Positions 23,007 through 35,896 of a DNA stretch of 64,000 bases are shown piece after piece; the stretch's first letter is position 1; each line of letters begins with the position of its first letter. The notes beneath the pieces were generated by a model, which made no database searches, was not told where the DNA came from, and saw only the letters and a list, made by a program, of their open reading frames with translations. Source of the DNA: Lophium mytilinum (Eukaryota); the NCBI GenBank assembly GCA_010093605.1, contig MU004198.1:436726-500725 (forward strand). Direction: 5' to 3'. The translations under genes and the position numbers were made by a program.

Positions 23007-25397
23007 ATGAGGATATACAGCCCATGGCTTGTTCTGTTGACGGCCGCGGTTTGTGGGGTGACTGCGAAAGGTATTGTACTCCCGTTAGCTTCATTGTCTT
23101 TGGCGCTAAACATGACTAACTTACTGTAGAAGTGATCCATACCGCTAGCCTCAATTTTGATGGCGCTGGCCATAACTTAAGCTCCCAGAACAATCGTGGT
23201 GGCTGGGTCAATCCTGAAGACTTGACTCCTATGCCACAATGCATCGCTCAGCAGGATCAATCCACCTGGCTGAGTGCCATGACGCAGTGTACCGGCAAAC
23301 GATGCACCTCGCACTTCGGAGTCTTCTGCACCCATCACCAATGGCTCACTCAGCTCAGCTGTCTCAGCACTGCATTTTCCTCCGATGTTATCAAAGGCTA
23401 TCTCCCATACTGCAGTAGATCAGTACTCGCCAAAGCGCAGTTGTATGTTTGGGTTCGTGAACATACCGGTCGAACATGGCTTGTTGATGTCGGCGACGCA
23501 AACGAGCTGCAAAACCTGTCCCCGGCCTCCCTGGCGGAAGGATATGCGGCCGTCAATGTGATGTACAAGGCACCAACCTGCCTAACGCGCTCAGTTTCTG
23601 CTCTGTCTATGGAACCATTTCATCGTGTAATGGCCTCCTGTAGCTTCACAAGCACCACCCTCCATACCGGAAACGCTGCTCGTCCTTGGGAATATAGTGG
23701 ATCCTTACGCTCCATGATCGCTCTGGATTTCGAAACTGTCGGCTACGATCTCACCCACCATAGAATCGGATATGGCAACTATTTCGATAAAGAATGTTTC
23801 TGCAGTGCTTTCACTATAGATCCCCTACAGGAACCCTGTTCAGGACCAGGGCAGATAGACTGGACGAAGGAGCGGCTATGGATAAATGCCACTTGTGGAC
23901 CGATGTCCCTACCCGACAACTGGATGGACCGACTTAAAACTACAGAATTCGCGTATATCCCCATTGAAGACTGGCACTGGCCTACGTGTGTCACAGATAT
24001 GCCGAAGCAGGTAACCGGACTTACTGACCAATGTGCAACCGATGCTTGTGAGATAGACTCTAATGGCTACTGCAAAGTCAAGCGCGCAGTAGACAGGGCT
24101 TGCTTCTGCCACAACATTAGCTACCGATCCTGCGGAGGTTCATGCCAGATTTTCGAGACTCGAATAGACTATGTCAAGTGGCTCCACGGTCTTTGTGGTA
24201 GTGTGCAAGACTGGCATGGTCTACCAGATGACTGGCGCCATTTGGCCGTCCCTATCCCTAGCGACATGGTTCCATGGCGATGGACTATCCAACCATCCAA
24301 CACATCAGACAACGCCCCCATCACCCTCCCGGGATCTATCGAATCAACGGAAAAGTGTGCCTCGAACGAGGAGAAGCTCGGAAGCTTTGCTCTGATAAAT
24401 ATAGCTACTTTTCTAGCCGCATATCTCGGTCGGAGAACAGGACTACATCGCATCACACGCAGCTTCCTATGGCACCCGCATCCGTGGGGCTGGGTCTCTA
24501 CTGGCCTCCTAATCGCTGTCCTTCAACTGCTCGCAAACTGCCTGAACGCATTTCTCGTCCAAAGCACTTTTGGATATGAGGACACTCCCGTCTTCCAGCT
24601 AATGCTCCTCTGGTGCTCCATGCCTCGGCCTGCCTGGCTGCCGATTCTGCTGATTACTTCCCAACCCTTCGAAGCGATGAATTTCTCCGCGGCCGCATCT
24701 TCCCTGCTTGCAGAAATGATCCTCCAACTTCTATCGTCGTATTACATCATTATGACTGTCGATTACGGTCTAAAACACAACTTCTACTTTGCAGATATGG
24801 AAGGCGTAGAAAGAGGGACATCGGCAAAAACCATGTACGCGGGAGCACTCCTGTGGTTTCTTATCATCGGCGTGGCATTCGTTCAGTTATGGCGAACTAT
24901 ACCTATCATGAATAGGTTGACTGGATCTGGTAACCTCGATTTACCAAAGTGGCAGAGAAGCACGCAGAGAGCATCGAACAATGCGGAGGAGCCATGGGCC
25001 TACTCGAACGAACACCGCACAAGGTCAGGAGAGAACTCGGCACATTGGAAGACGAAGAGTAGGACCTTGGAAGAAACATCTTTGATGAGTGACAAGGGAG
25101 GAATTCACAAGAGCTATGGCACTCTCCCCACCGAAAGCCAAATCGACTGGGCCTCTCAAAAAGCATTCATGAACTTGCATGTGGTGACGGCGATAAGCAT
25201 GCTCCTGCTGTGGATTGCGCAATGGCTCTTTTGGGGTGGATTTATCAGTCTAAGTTCGGAAGAGTACGTCTTCACGCTCATACTTGGGGTTATGGTAGCT
25301 AACCGCACGCAGGTTCTGTCCCCCTAGACTTGGGATCCTCACGGCTGTCTGGATTGTCTTCTCATTGGCAGGCGCTGCTATTGGGGCTACTGTATAG
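23007..25397 (+). CDS. Signal peptide + Cys-rich ectodomain + ~7 TM membrane protein, function unknown
   Basis: Exon 1 MRIYSPWLVLLTAAVCGVTA; introns 23071-23129 and 25264-25312; many Cys in the N-half; seven hydrophobic segments in the C-half ending FWGGF..FCPPRLGILTAVW. Confidence 0.8.
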
Positions 25398-26852
25398 ATA
25401 GCTCGCGATTGTTGTACTTAGCCGGTACTGAGGAGAAGGGGGACTATGGGGGTCCTGGTTTTATTTTGGCGTTTTCCAATGTGGCTGCAAGGGTTTCCTG
25501 TTATTTTGGAGTCATGACATTGCTTTCTCGGACTATAGCCATAATTTCTACCTGTAGATTATATCAGCCGCACCAACCGCCTCCTGTGAGAGGATACGGG
25601 TTTCCGCATCTCAAACATATGGCGCACACTCCTCTTTCAGGCTTCCACGCTTCCAGAACACCCCCGATATCCGCCCCCATCAAAAACGACATGACCCACC
25701 TGCAGGCAATCATGTCTTGCATGAGCTCCCCCTCTCGCTCACCCTAGCGCTTCACCCTCCCCTCATGCCCGTCAGCACTCCCCCGATCGATAGATCTCAT
25801 CACCATGCTCTCAAACCATCCAATCCGCCGAGGGGGGCGGGGGCTCATTCCCTACAAAGGCCTCGAACAAGCTCTAGAACCCACCAATCGCGCGCCATCT
25901 TCTCACGACCCAACACACACCGGAGTTCCAAACCCGGCATCCCCATTCCATGCACACTATACCTACCTCCGCGGCCATCCGCGCACCGCCACACCCGCGG
26001 CCACAGAAATCCCGCATCAGCATCATCGAACCCCGTCAACTGCGCCGTCTGCACCCCTCTGCCGCCCCAGAGACCGCGCTAAGACGCGCTGTCACATGGG
26101 CAACTATCGGGGATGACTCTTTGTGACTCAACGCCCTTCCATCTTTCTGCGTGCGGAAACAGGAAGGGCGCGAACCTAGCATGCGAAAAATGACGCTGGA
26201 AGTGATGATGAGGGCGTGAAATGAATGCGAATCCGAATCTGAATCTTAGACGCGAAGAGTCAGGGTGGCGAAGCAAAAGCATAAACCCGCAGGGGTGGCG
26301 ACGTTAGGCAGCCATCAGGTTTCACCTCAGGCAGCGAGGCGCCGAAAAACGCGATTTGTCAGGCCGCCATCTCGTTGACCTCATCCCATCATCACGAGCC
26401 CGAGTTTTTCGGGAATCGTTAGGTTTCAAGGGTTTGAGGGGTTCACAGTTCACTAAACGGTAAGAGTGTATGGGGAGCGGTTTCACACGTTATTCTTTCT
26501 CTATTTACTAATCCTAATCAACCTTGGATATTTGATGGAGCGGAGATGCTTCTCCTCTCCCCCCTTTCGCGCCCACCCCGGTCCTTGATTCCACCTCATA
26601 AGAACAATACAAAAGACATAAACGTATAAGTCGCTCGCCCGCAAGCTCTTTACATCGCGAGCGAGCGAAGAAAGTCGGGGATTCGTAGTGTAGAGTCTGT
26701 AGATATAAACAACCACCCAACCCCACCCTATTCATAAAAACCATGGCATGGGCACAGGGAGCCTCTAGATGCCTTAACGCCAACGCAATGCACCCCGTCG
26801 TAACTGACTAAAGAAAAAGAGACATTAAGAGTTGCCGACGAGACTAGAAGTG

Positions 26853-29800
26853 TTACCGCGGCCCATGCTGTTGCGACTGCTGCTGCGACCGCATCACCAC
26901 CTCCTCAAGCTGCCGTAACCGTACAGCCATATCCTCGTTCTTGCGCCTGAAGTCCTCATTCTCCCTCCGCAGCCGCTTGACCTCCGCGTTTAAATCCGTG
27001 GCATCGTCGATGTCCGCAGGCATGACCTCCGAGCGCTTCCGTTTCCGCGAGGCGTAGAGGTCGCTCTCGAGCTGCGTCTCCTCCTCGCGGAGCTCCTCGG
27101 GACTGTCGCCGTCGTCGCGCTCCCCGGCCTCAGCTTTGAACGCGGTGCCGAGATCCGACGATCCCGAGACGCCGCGATGCACACGGCGTTTGTGCTCAGC
27201 GAGGTTCTCCTTGCGCGTGAACCCCTGCCCCGAGGAGCGCTTGCAGTCCGGGAAGGGGCAGAAGAGGGCTTTCTTGGTGCCGCCGTGCATCTTGTGGACT
27301 TCGCGCTCGTGCCGGAGCAGGCCGCCGCTGTAGGTGAAGCCCTGGAGCTTCTCACAGCCGGCGACGGAGCATTTGTAGGGGCGGTCATGCTTGTCCATGT
27401 GTTTACTAGAGTGGCATGTTAGTTATGGCTAGGGGAGGGTGATGATAAAGGTAATACAAACCTCCATTCGCATTTACGATCAAAGGTGGTGTTTAGGGTC
27501 GCACAGTCGCTATGTTGGCAGAACATCTTGTTCGCAGCATTGCGAGGAGGCTCTTCGGCGCGCTTGAAGGCATGGCCGCCACGGCGGGGGGAGATGGTCG
27601 ATTCGGCGGCCTCTGGGGATTGCGAGCCTTCTTCTGATTCTGCCCGCGGACGACTGTGCGAGCTGGCATGTGACTGCGCGTTTGACAGTCTTCGAGGGGA
27701 GTGGTAGGAAACGGGCGATCGCTCTCCGCCCATGCTGACTGGACTGAGAATACTGGTGTTATTTGGCGTGTTGGGGGTCATGTTATGTGGAGACCCTTGG
27801 GAGATGTGGCCCATAATGTTATTGTTGTTGTAAATTGGGAAGTTGGTATGGACACTGATGTTCTGGCGATGTTGATTTTGCTGGGGAAGGGGCGCCTGAG
27901 GCGTGCCAGCGTCATATATACTTGAAGCGGCGAGGAAAACTTGAGGCGCAGCTAGCCGTCGAGCATCCGGTGCCTGGCCGTTCGGCTCGGTGAGTCTTAT
28001 GGTGGGAGTCAGATGACTGCCGTCAAGACTCTGGCGTGGCAACTCGGGGGAGACGGGCGAGTGCTGCGTGGTTGCGTTGGGCTGTGTGAAATTCCAGTTT
28101 GCAAACGCATCGACGTCCGGGCCAAGAAAGTCGTCGGTGGCGATGCCTGAGTTTCCAGGCCACGGGAAGGCTTGGGCTGGAGTCGTCGACGACGCGTGGG
28201 ACGACAACGCGTAAGTATTATTATATTGGGCAGCGGGCGACGCTTGGGACTGCCTGGTGGAGCCTGTGAATTGTGCGAGGAAGCCTGCGCTGCCGATTGG
28301 ATCTGCCTGGGCGTCAGCGGCGGGCCAGAAGGCTGAAACGGAGAATAGTGTGCTTTCTTCTGCGGCGACAGGGCCACGTATGGGGCCTGGGGCCTGGGAG
28401 CTGGGGTGAGTCACATACCGGAGGGGGGGTTAGCATATTGTGGCTGTGCAGCATTCAGGTGCAGGTTGTGCGACGGCCGGCGGGTCATGTGACCGCTTGA
28501 CAAATCGCCCTCGGCGTTTCGCATCCTGGCACCGACATCTCCAACACTTCCGCGACCGCCTCTGCGTCCGCCGTCGCCCGCTTGCTGCATCATCTGCCGT
28601 CCGAACTGGACATCTGCTTTGACGGTGATTAGCCACTGCTTGGAACAGGCACAACATGAGGAGACGCAGACAGCCGGTGGTCCACCGCAGTAGGGATTAC
28701 CACTGTAGGAGTTCACCACTAAAGGAATTCACCCATAGCAGGGATCCCCGCAGCAGGGATCCACCACGGCAATTCACCAGTAGTAGAGATCAACAGTAGG
28801 GGTTCAGGACAAGAGGGGCAAAACAGGACAACGGTAGGAAATTCATCACTCACACTCATCTGGCTGCGGCGGCCTCGTGCTCCACCCCATGAACTGCCTA
28901 GCCGATTCGTCGTCGTTGAGAAAGTAGTTCTGCGGCACGCCCAGGTTATCGTACTCGGCACCGCTGCTGGCGATCGGGTTTGGCTGCGTCCCGTTTGGGT
29001 AGTAAAACATCCAGCACACGCCCCAAAGGACGGCCAGCGAGGGCTTGATCGACCAGGGCCACGTCGTGCTCAGCGGCCGGTGGCAGTCAGGAAACTCGCT
29101 GAACCACGAGAGCAGCCGTCTCTGCTTCTTGCCGTACTCGTCGTGGCTCCCTCCCTTTGCACGCTCGAGCACCTTGCGCACAATGGCCTGCATCAGCTGG
29201 CCGCGCAAGCTGAGCAACAGGTGCTCATAGTTGGCGATGAAGACCTCGTCGATGGCTAGTCCAAGCTCGTTGCCCTGGCAGATGAGCCACTTGTCGTCGT
29301 ACTGTGCCCGTGCCAGGTACAGCACCTCGATGGCATCTTGAACCTCGGCGAGGCGGCAGATCAGCACTTGGAGCGGGAAGATGTCGAAGTTTGGCTCCGT
29401 GTTTCGATTGAGGAACTGCTTCTGGTTTGCCGCGACCTGGCTGAGCTGCAATGCGCTATTCGGACTCTCCAAGTCCCTCAACATGCTGTGACGCAGGGGT
29501 CAGCCTCAGAACACCATCGACACATGAAACCAAACGAAGTCCAGACAACATACCGTTGTACCTCTTCTTCATGAGTGCTAGCACCGCCGGAAGCGTGCTT
29601 TCCGAGAGGCAGAGGTTTCACGCGGCTGCCCCTCTTCTGCGGCTTCGCGACGCGGTCTCGATGGCGATGCTTCGCCTGGTGGGGGAGGCTCTTCTCGAGT
29701 CTGCTGAAGGTTACGTCCTCGACAGTGGCTCTGATGCCGGCACGCTTGGCTCCGACGATCTCGTCGAGCGTTTCGGCCGAACTGGCCTGGACACGCGGCT

Positions 29801-29894
29801 TGAGGCGACGCCGGAGCTGATTGATGAGTTGAAAGACCTTGAACGTCAGGTAAATGCTCGTCGAGTGCTGCGGTCGCTGGCCTTGGATCGCCAT
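26853..29894 (-). CDS. C2H2 zinc-finger transcription factor (3 fingers + C-terminal coiled coil); 5' exons less certain
   Basis: CQHSDC..FDRKCEWSKHMDKH; CSVAGC..GFTYSGGLLRHEREVH; CPFPDC..GFTRKENLAEHKRRVH. Introns 27406-27461, 28303-28418, 28617-28853, 29486-29553 join five exons into one open 854-aa frame. Confidence 0.75.
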
Positions 29895-32800
29895 GGTGCG
29901 AGAGCGCAGTTGAGGACGTAAGAAGGTGCGTAAGAAGCGATCAAGTTCCGATGCCAGACTGCGCAGCGAGCGCGCTGCTTAATACTGAGGTTCCCCATCG
30001 TGCTCAGCTCGGGGCGCAAGGCCAGAAAATGCCTTGTAAGGTGTTGAAGGATGAAGTCGGCGCCAACCTCGCGCCTCTCAGCGATCTGATTGGCCTCTTC
30101 CCGAAGGCGGCAGCAATGCATGGGGCGGAATGGGGCGTACGTGAGGCGCAGTCGCCATATCGCAGTTCGCAACTCTCACCACCACTGCTGTCCCCATGAC
30201 GGGCTCCCTGCGATGCTCGGTGGCGAGGCGCAGTCGAGGCAGCCTGTTCCTCATTTTACCGCCCTGATAAAAGCGTGGCCACACAGCTGCGAGGCTGCAG
30301 GCGTTTCAAAACCTGCTGCTCCTCGACGACTGACCGCCGTCTCGATCAGTCCCGTTGCCTACGCTAACCATCGTACCAGACGATATTGCTTCTTGCTCGT
30401 TCCATGACGCCCTCCGAATCTAGCTTGATGCGATGAAGGTTGCGCTCCAAATCCAGCCCGATGCGACTGTTCCAAGTTCCTTTCCAGTCTGATGCGACAG
30501 TTCCAAGTTTCTTCTCCGTCTCTTCTCCGTTTCCTCCCATCCATCCGGAACTGCCTCACCAGCCTGTCCACCAGAAACAAGGCCCAACTCGGCACCAAGC
30601 TTTCCGGTGATCTCCCTCCAAGCCATCCGAGGCGATCCCGAGAAAGTCGACTAGAAACAACAGCCCGAAGCACCACATCCTGGCCCCCAGTCGTCCGAGA
30701 ACACCTAACACCGCAGCCTTTCCGCTCTAGAAAACAACCCCGGCTCCGCCTCGTGATCTCGTATCGGGCACGGATGCCTGCTGCGAAGGACACCCTTCCT
30801 CCGCCAGGCCGCAAACACCTCGCGGGAGCCTGATTGCCATCGCGAATCAGAAATCACGCATGTCGGGGAGCCGCCACGCGCTTTTGACGTCTGGGGCTTT
30901 TTCTGCTGGATAGCCTTGGGGTGCTGGAGGCTGAAATCTGGCGCGTGATTCGAGTCTGCGGGTGGGTTGGAAGCATCTTGTGCTTTGTGGGGGCTGCTAA
31001 TGAGAGAGGCCTAGCAATAAATCTAGAATAGACAAACAAATGTCTTCAACTCTAACCTAGAGTGTATGGTTGATGCTGATGCTGGATTTGATGAAGAAAC
31101 TCTTCCGGGCGCCCTGCTATCATTCTACAATAGAGACTAGGGAGCTACTTGTAATACGCAGGGGGATAATAGAAGAAGTAGCGGAGATGGCTAACAGGTC
31201 AAGAGTCTTGGCATTGAACGTTTTGTTTCGGGCCGCTAGTACGGACACTGTAGGAATGATGCCTCATTTACGAGACAGGTACGTTTGTCTCAGACAGCTT
31301 GGCTCATCCGATTTTGTGTAGGGTTTTATAGTCCGACACACAGGCTGGCCCTAAATGAGATCTGGCGGCTTGTCATCACGTGGTATCTCATAGACACCGG
31401 CGCATCAGAAGGTAACGTCCGCTTGAGAAAAGCGTCTTTGTGGTTGAATTCTATCCATTCTTGCACACTATCGTACAGACATTACGCGCTGAATCAAAAT
31501 ATCTCATCCCCTTAGACTCCGATCGCCGTTCCCCCATTCTCTCTTTAGCTTCTAGTATCTCTCTTCAGCATCAGAATCATCTCGTTATCCCATAGTCTGG
31601 AACCACATGTCCATCGCAAACCGCAAACTCGGAATTATAGGTCCATATCAACACCCAACGGCCGCGCTCCGAATCATCTGTGTTTCAAGTTTCAAGATGT
31701 CGTTGGATGCCCATTTGTAGGGAACGCGACCGTGTTTGCAGCGCCTTGCTGATGCGTCTCTTGTCCATACTGGATTTTCTCTTGGGACGGCTGGCGGGTA
31801 CCGTCCTCGCTGACTTCTTTGCCGCCTTTGGGCTTTCGGGTGAGGAGGTATGTGATGCACATTTTGGTTGATTGGACTCGGAGGAATTTGGGATGTTGTT
31901 AAGGTGTAGAAGGTGCGTCAATGATTTCGTTGTGGATATTCGTTTGATCGTAGTGGTTGTGTTGCTGGCCAGGGACGTGAGGGTTATTCTGGGGCTTGAA
32001 AGCTTAGTTTTGATGAATATAGACGAGGTAAGAGTAAGACGACGGGGGATCTGTTTGAGAACATTAAAGGCACATGTTCAAACCTATATATATTCTGAGA
32101 TGGAGAGTCTCAAGCAGTCTACCCACAATCTAACCAATCACGCACAGCTGACTGCATTAGTTCTAGCGTCAACGTAGTCATCAGCAATAAGCCTTGCAGG
32201 GATTTTCGGTCCCAACTACAACCACGATGCTCGCTCTTTTAGTCGTTTGCGGAATGCACTTCGCAGCCGCCTCGCGATGTGTTCCTCATCTATGTAGGCC
32301 AACACCAGGTCATAGTAGCGATCACAGCCTCCGCGGCTCCCGAGATCACCTTGAGTCGGCCGAAGCAGAGATCAGAGCCCGCTTTGGGGCTGGTATACTG
32401 TTGTAGGCCTTCAAGTGGCTGCGCTATTTCCCGGAATACCAAAAACTAGAGTAAGTGCACCTTGAAATAGATCCTTTACTACGATACTAAGCCTTACCAG
32501 TGTGACCAATGCCTAGGATGGGGCCGAGGCGTGACTTGGAAGAGAACACACCCTAGATATCGCAACCAATTGGACCTCGTCTTTTTGAATCAGAGTTCTC
32601 AGGATGCCTGAAAAGCTAAGAAAAGAAAGCCCGCTAAAGTGAACCGTTACCCGCCCGTCTCCAATAGAGGGCTGATTTTCCCAAATGAGTTGATGTCACG
32701 CTCCGGTTTGTGATTGAAGAAGTAGAGCTATCCCAACCATTTCAGACATTCATGCAGAACCCGTGTCACTCTCTCAAACCTTGGGCCGGCTGGTGGTAAA

Positions 32801-34049
32801 AGTCTTCATGGCCAATCATGGCGGACGTTTTGCGACTGGCACCCTTTCGACTATCTCCAAGACTTCTACCAGCAGCTCGGGCTTGATAGGAACTTCAGCT
32901 TAAGCACAGTGGCTGTTGACTGAGCGGGTAGGCCTTCTTCCTGTGATCTTAGGTGTCCTCATCACTGTCCTCGACTTCGTCATCTTCATCCCTCATTCTT
33001 ACTATCGGCCAACTCCCGACCAAACAAATCAACCTCACCTTCACGCGTCTTGGCTTTCGGAGTCTTGGAGCTGGAACTTTTCTACACCACGGCACTTGGA
33101 TTCTGGCTTTGTCGACCCGCGCTCGACTCCGCGATGTACGCAGCTGACGCCAGTCAAGAAGACGATGCGTTTGCCGTCGTTCCAGTCCGCCATTGCACTA
33201 ACAGAGCATCCTCGTTTCTAGGACGCTCTAACTAACTCCCTCGGCGATTGTTGCGGCGCCAACTTCACAGAATACTGTTACCATGTTCTCCGAGTTATGC
33301 TCTACGTTAAGGTGGACGCTCTCTAACGAGTAGGTCCAAGTCGAAACAACAATGCCGTGCCCTCGCAGCTCGTCCATTTTTGTGAGAGCTTCCTTGTACT
33401 CACTCGATCCACCGCTCGAATAGTTTGCGGAAGTCATGGCCCTCAGTGACAACGTCGTCGTCGCATAGGAGCACCGTTCCAAAGTCAGTCTTTGCGCTCT
33501 ACTCGGCTATGACGCTGACGAATGTCGGTAAACGAAAACGGTCCTGTTGACGGCAGTGCTGAGTTAGAAAATCATCTCCGCGACAGCACTAATCGGGCAA
33601 GAATTGATTTACTGCTATGAATAAAGAATGCTCATAACTTTATCGCGATGAAAGGAAACTCTGGAACACACGTTGAGATGATTCTAGCAACATCCAAATC
33701 CTGTTTGGATATGCTTGCTACTACGCTGCTTTGTCAAAGCGACGCAGAATACAAAGAGGCCTCTTTCATATAGCTGCAATGCGATGGTGTGCAGTTGCCA
33801 TGCAAACGTATCCGCAATCCCTATCACCAATGGGCTCATATACTTATGCCAGTCGTGGTAGGCACCAGGTGCGCTCCTGCCCTCAGATTGCTTTCTAGCT
33901 TCCCGTATGATTAATATCAATATTCACTCAGCCCGGTTCCATGCCTTGCCGCCTGACAATCTCACTTCCTCACTGTGGCACACCCGATTTGGTATCTTCC
34001 TGGGACGGTCGTTTTCATTATCATCAGCAAGGTTGAGGCGGAACAGGGG

Positions 34050-35003
34050 ATGTACAGCAACACGAGAGCTCTGAAGAAGGAGCGCCGTGACCACATGTGT
34101 CTCCAACGACGGTCGCTTCGACTATGTTCTTCGGCTTCAACGAAAGCTTCCCAACGGGCCCGCTACCCTCTTCGATCTCAGGAGCATCTAGAGCAGCTCT
34201 TGAAGGCGCTCAAATCCCAACACCTGGCCGTGGGTTCCGGAGACGTGGGAAATGGAAAGGACGAACGTTCCCTTGACTCAGACATGGAGATAGATGTGGC
34301 AGCTACGGACCCCAAACTCCCCTCCAAACCCTTCCCCTTCTTCGCTCTCCCCGCCGAACTCCGCAACGAAATCTACGCCCACCACGCCGCTACCGAAAAC
34401 ACCGTCACCGTCGCCATGCGCCGCTCCCGCGTCTCCGAAGACTGGCACGCCGGCTACAAGCCGCTCCTCCCCAAACCTCCCGCGCTGCTCCAAGTCTGCC
34501 AACAAGCCCGCACAGAGTACTTCCCCATCTGGGTCTCCCAGACTGAGTTCACGCTCGGCCTCGCCTCCGACAGCAGCATCGAGGTGGTGAAGATGTGGCT
34601 AGAGTGGATCCGACCGTTCGCGGGCTACCTCAATCAGATGAGCTTTATCCTCCGGGGCGAGAAGTGGACGGAGGGGCGGAGCGATCTGCCACCACATGGG
34701 TGGATTGAGATGGTTTATGATGGGTGGGTGGAGTATTGGTTTGACTTTAGGAAGGGTGTGGCTGATGGGGATTTGATCTATGTGGATGGAGAGAGATTGG
34801 AGTATTCGGCGCCGGCGGACAGATCGGAGATGATTGGGAAGGAGAGGGAGGCGTTCGGAGTAACTGTTGAGGAGATGCGGAAGAAACGCCAAGCAGGAAA
34901 GTTGGTGGTCGGGGATGTCAAGAAGCTAATCAATGCGCTGGTCAGGGATCATGGGCATTTGGTGGAGACACGCGTTCTGAGGAGGCGATTTGGGCCGTGG
35001 TAA
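34050..35003 (+). CDS. F-box-like family, paralog 1 (start uncertain)
   Basis: FFALPAELRNEIY; PALLQVCQQARTEY; TEFTLGLAS; GWVEYWFDF; ends RRRFGPW. Confidence 0.8.
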   Translation: MYSNTRALKKERRDHMCLQRRSLRLCSSASTKASQRARYPLRSQEHLEQLLKALKSQHLAVGSGDVGNGKDERSLDSDMEIDVAATDPKLPSKPFPFFALPAELRNEIYAHHAATENTVTVAMRRSRVSEDWHAGYKPLLPKPPALLQVCQQARTEYFPIWVSQTEFTLGLASDSSIEVVKMWLEWIRPFAGYLNQMSFILRGEKWTEGRSDLPPHGWIEMVYDGWVEYWFDFRKGVADGDLIYVDGERLEYSAPADRSEMIGKEREAFGVTVEEMRKKRQAGKLVVGDVKKLINALVRDHGHLVETRVLRRRFGPW

Positions 35004-35896
35004 TTACTCTATCGAAGCGGCTAGAGATGTGAGTTCAAGAAGCTCGGAAGCTAGGCACCATGGTGTGGAGACTATCTACTAATGAGTCTTGCGCCCCCTC
35101 GATATGCTTCCTAGTCTACCTCATTTTCAGACCTATCACTATCTTAGTGTTAGCGTACCTATATTACGTTCATTGTTTTTCTATACTCCCCGTCACTCTC
35201 ACGATTCTCATTATCTGCGAACATTGTACAACACGCATCGGATGGATTCAACATAAGCTCCGTTGACGTTCGCTGTATCTCCTTCTATTCACAATACGAC
35301 GTCTCGGACTCTTTCGATGTGTTTCATCTTTGGCTAAAGCACCTAATGAGCTTCTTTTCTCAAAATCACGGAACCAACACGCAAATACGAAATCTTTGAG
35401 TTGTTTCCGGCTTGAACAGCTTTGAAAGATGTCATGGAGGGCGAGGGCACGGCCTTTCTATGCGACAGTGCGTGATTCAGCGACTCGTTGGCTGTGACCA
35501 ACGTTTCCTTATACCATCAAGATGCATCAACTATACCTCCGCCAGATAACGGCGAGCCCATTGAATAGTCAAAACACAATGTGCCTTCGGTGGGCAGGGA
35601 ATGACAGAAACCTCGATATCATTTCTACACATTCACCTAGATGCATTCAATGTCTACGCACAGCGGCACATTGAAGGATCACTTTCACGACCCGGGAGGA
35701 GTGAAAGCAACATTGTAGAGATGCGTTCTCCTGCATTTAATTCGGTCCCTGACCAGACCTTCTCGTCATCAGAAATCTCCTCCCACTGCCCCCCAGTGTA
35801 CCAGTCAATACCTCTTTGGGGTCTCATCTTTGGGATCCCATTTCTCATCTTCAACCTCGGATTTCCTCTCTATCCAAAGCCCCCGATACTACAAAG

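Noticed and set aside
25690..26116. Coding-looking fragments after the 7-TM gene
   Set aside because: No coherent frame, motif or splice model.
29846..30172. ORF that might extend the C2H2 gene further 5'
   Set aside because: Different frame from the 29894 exon and no convincing joining intron; left unresolved.
32916..33531. Possible RIP-killed gene (frame continues through several TAG/TAA stops)
   Set aside because: Stop density is about what random sequence gives, and no family motif was recognised.
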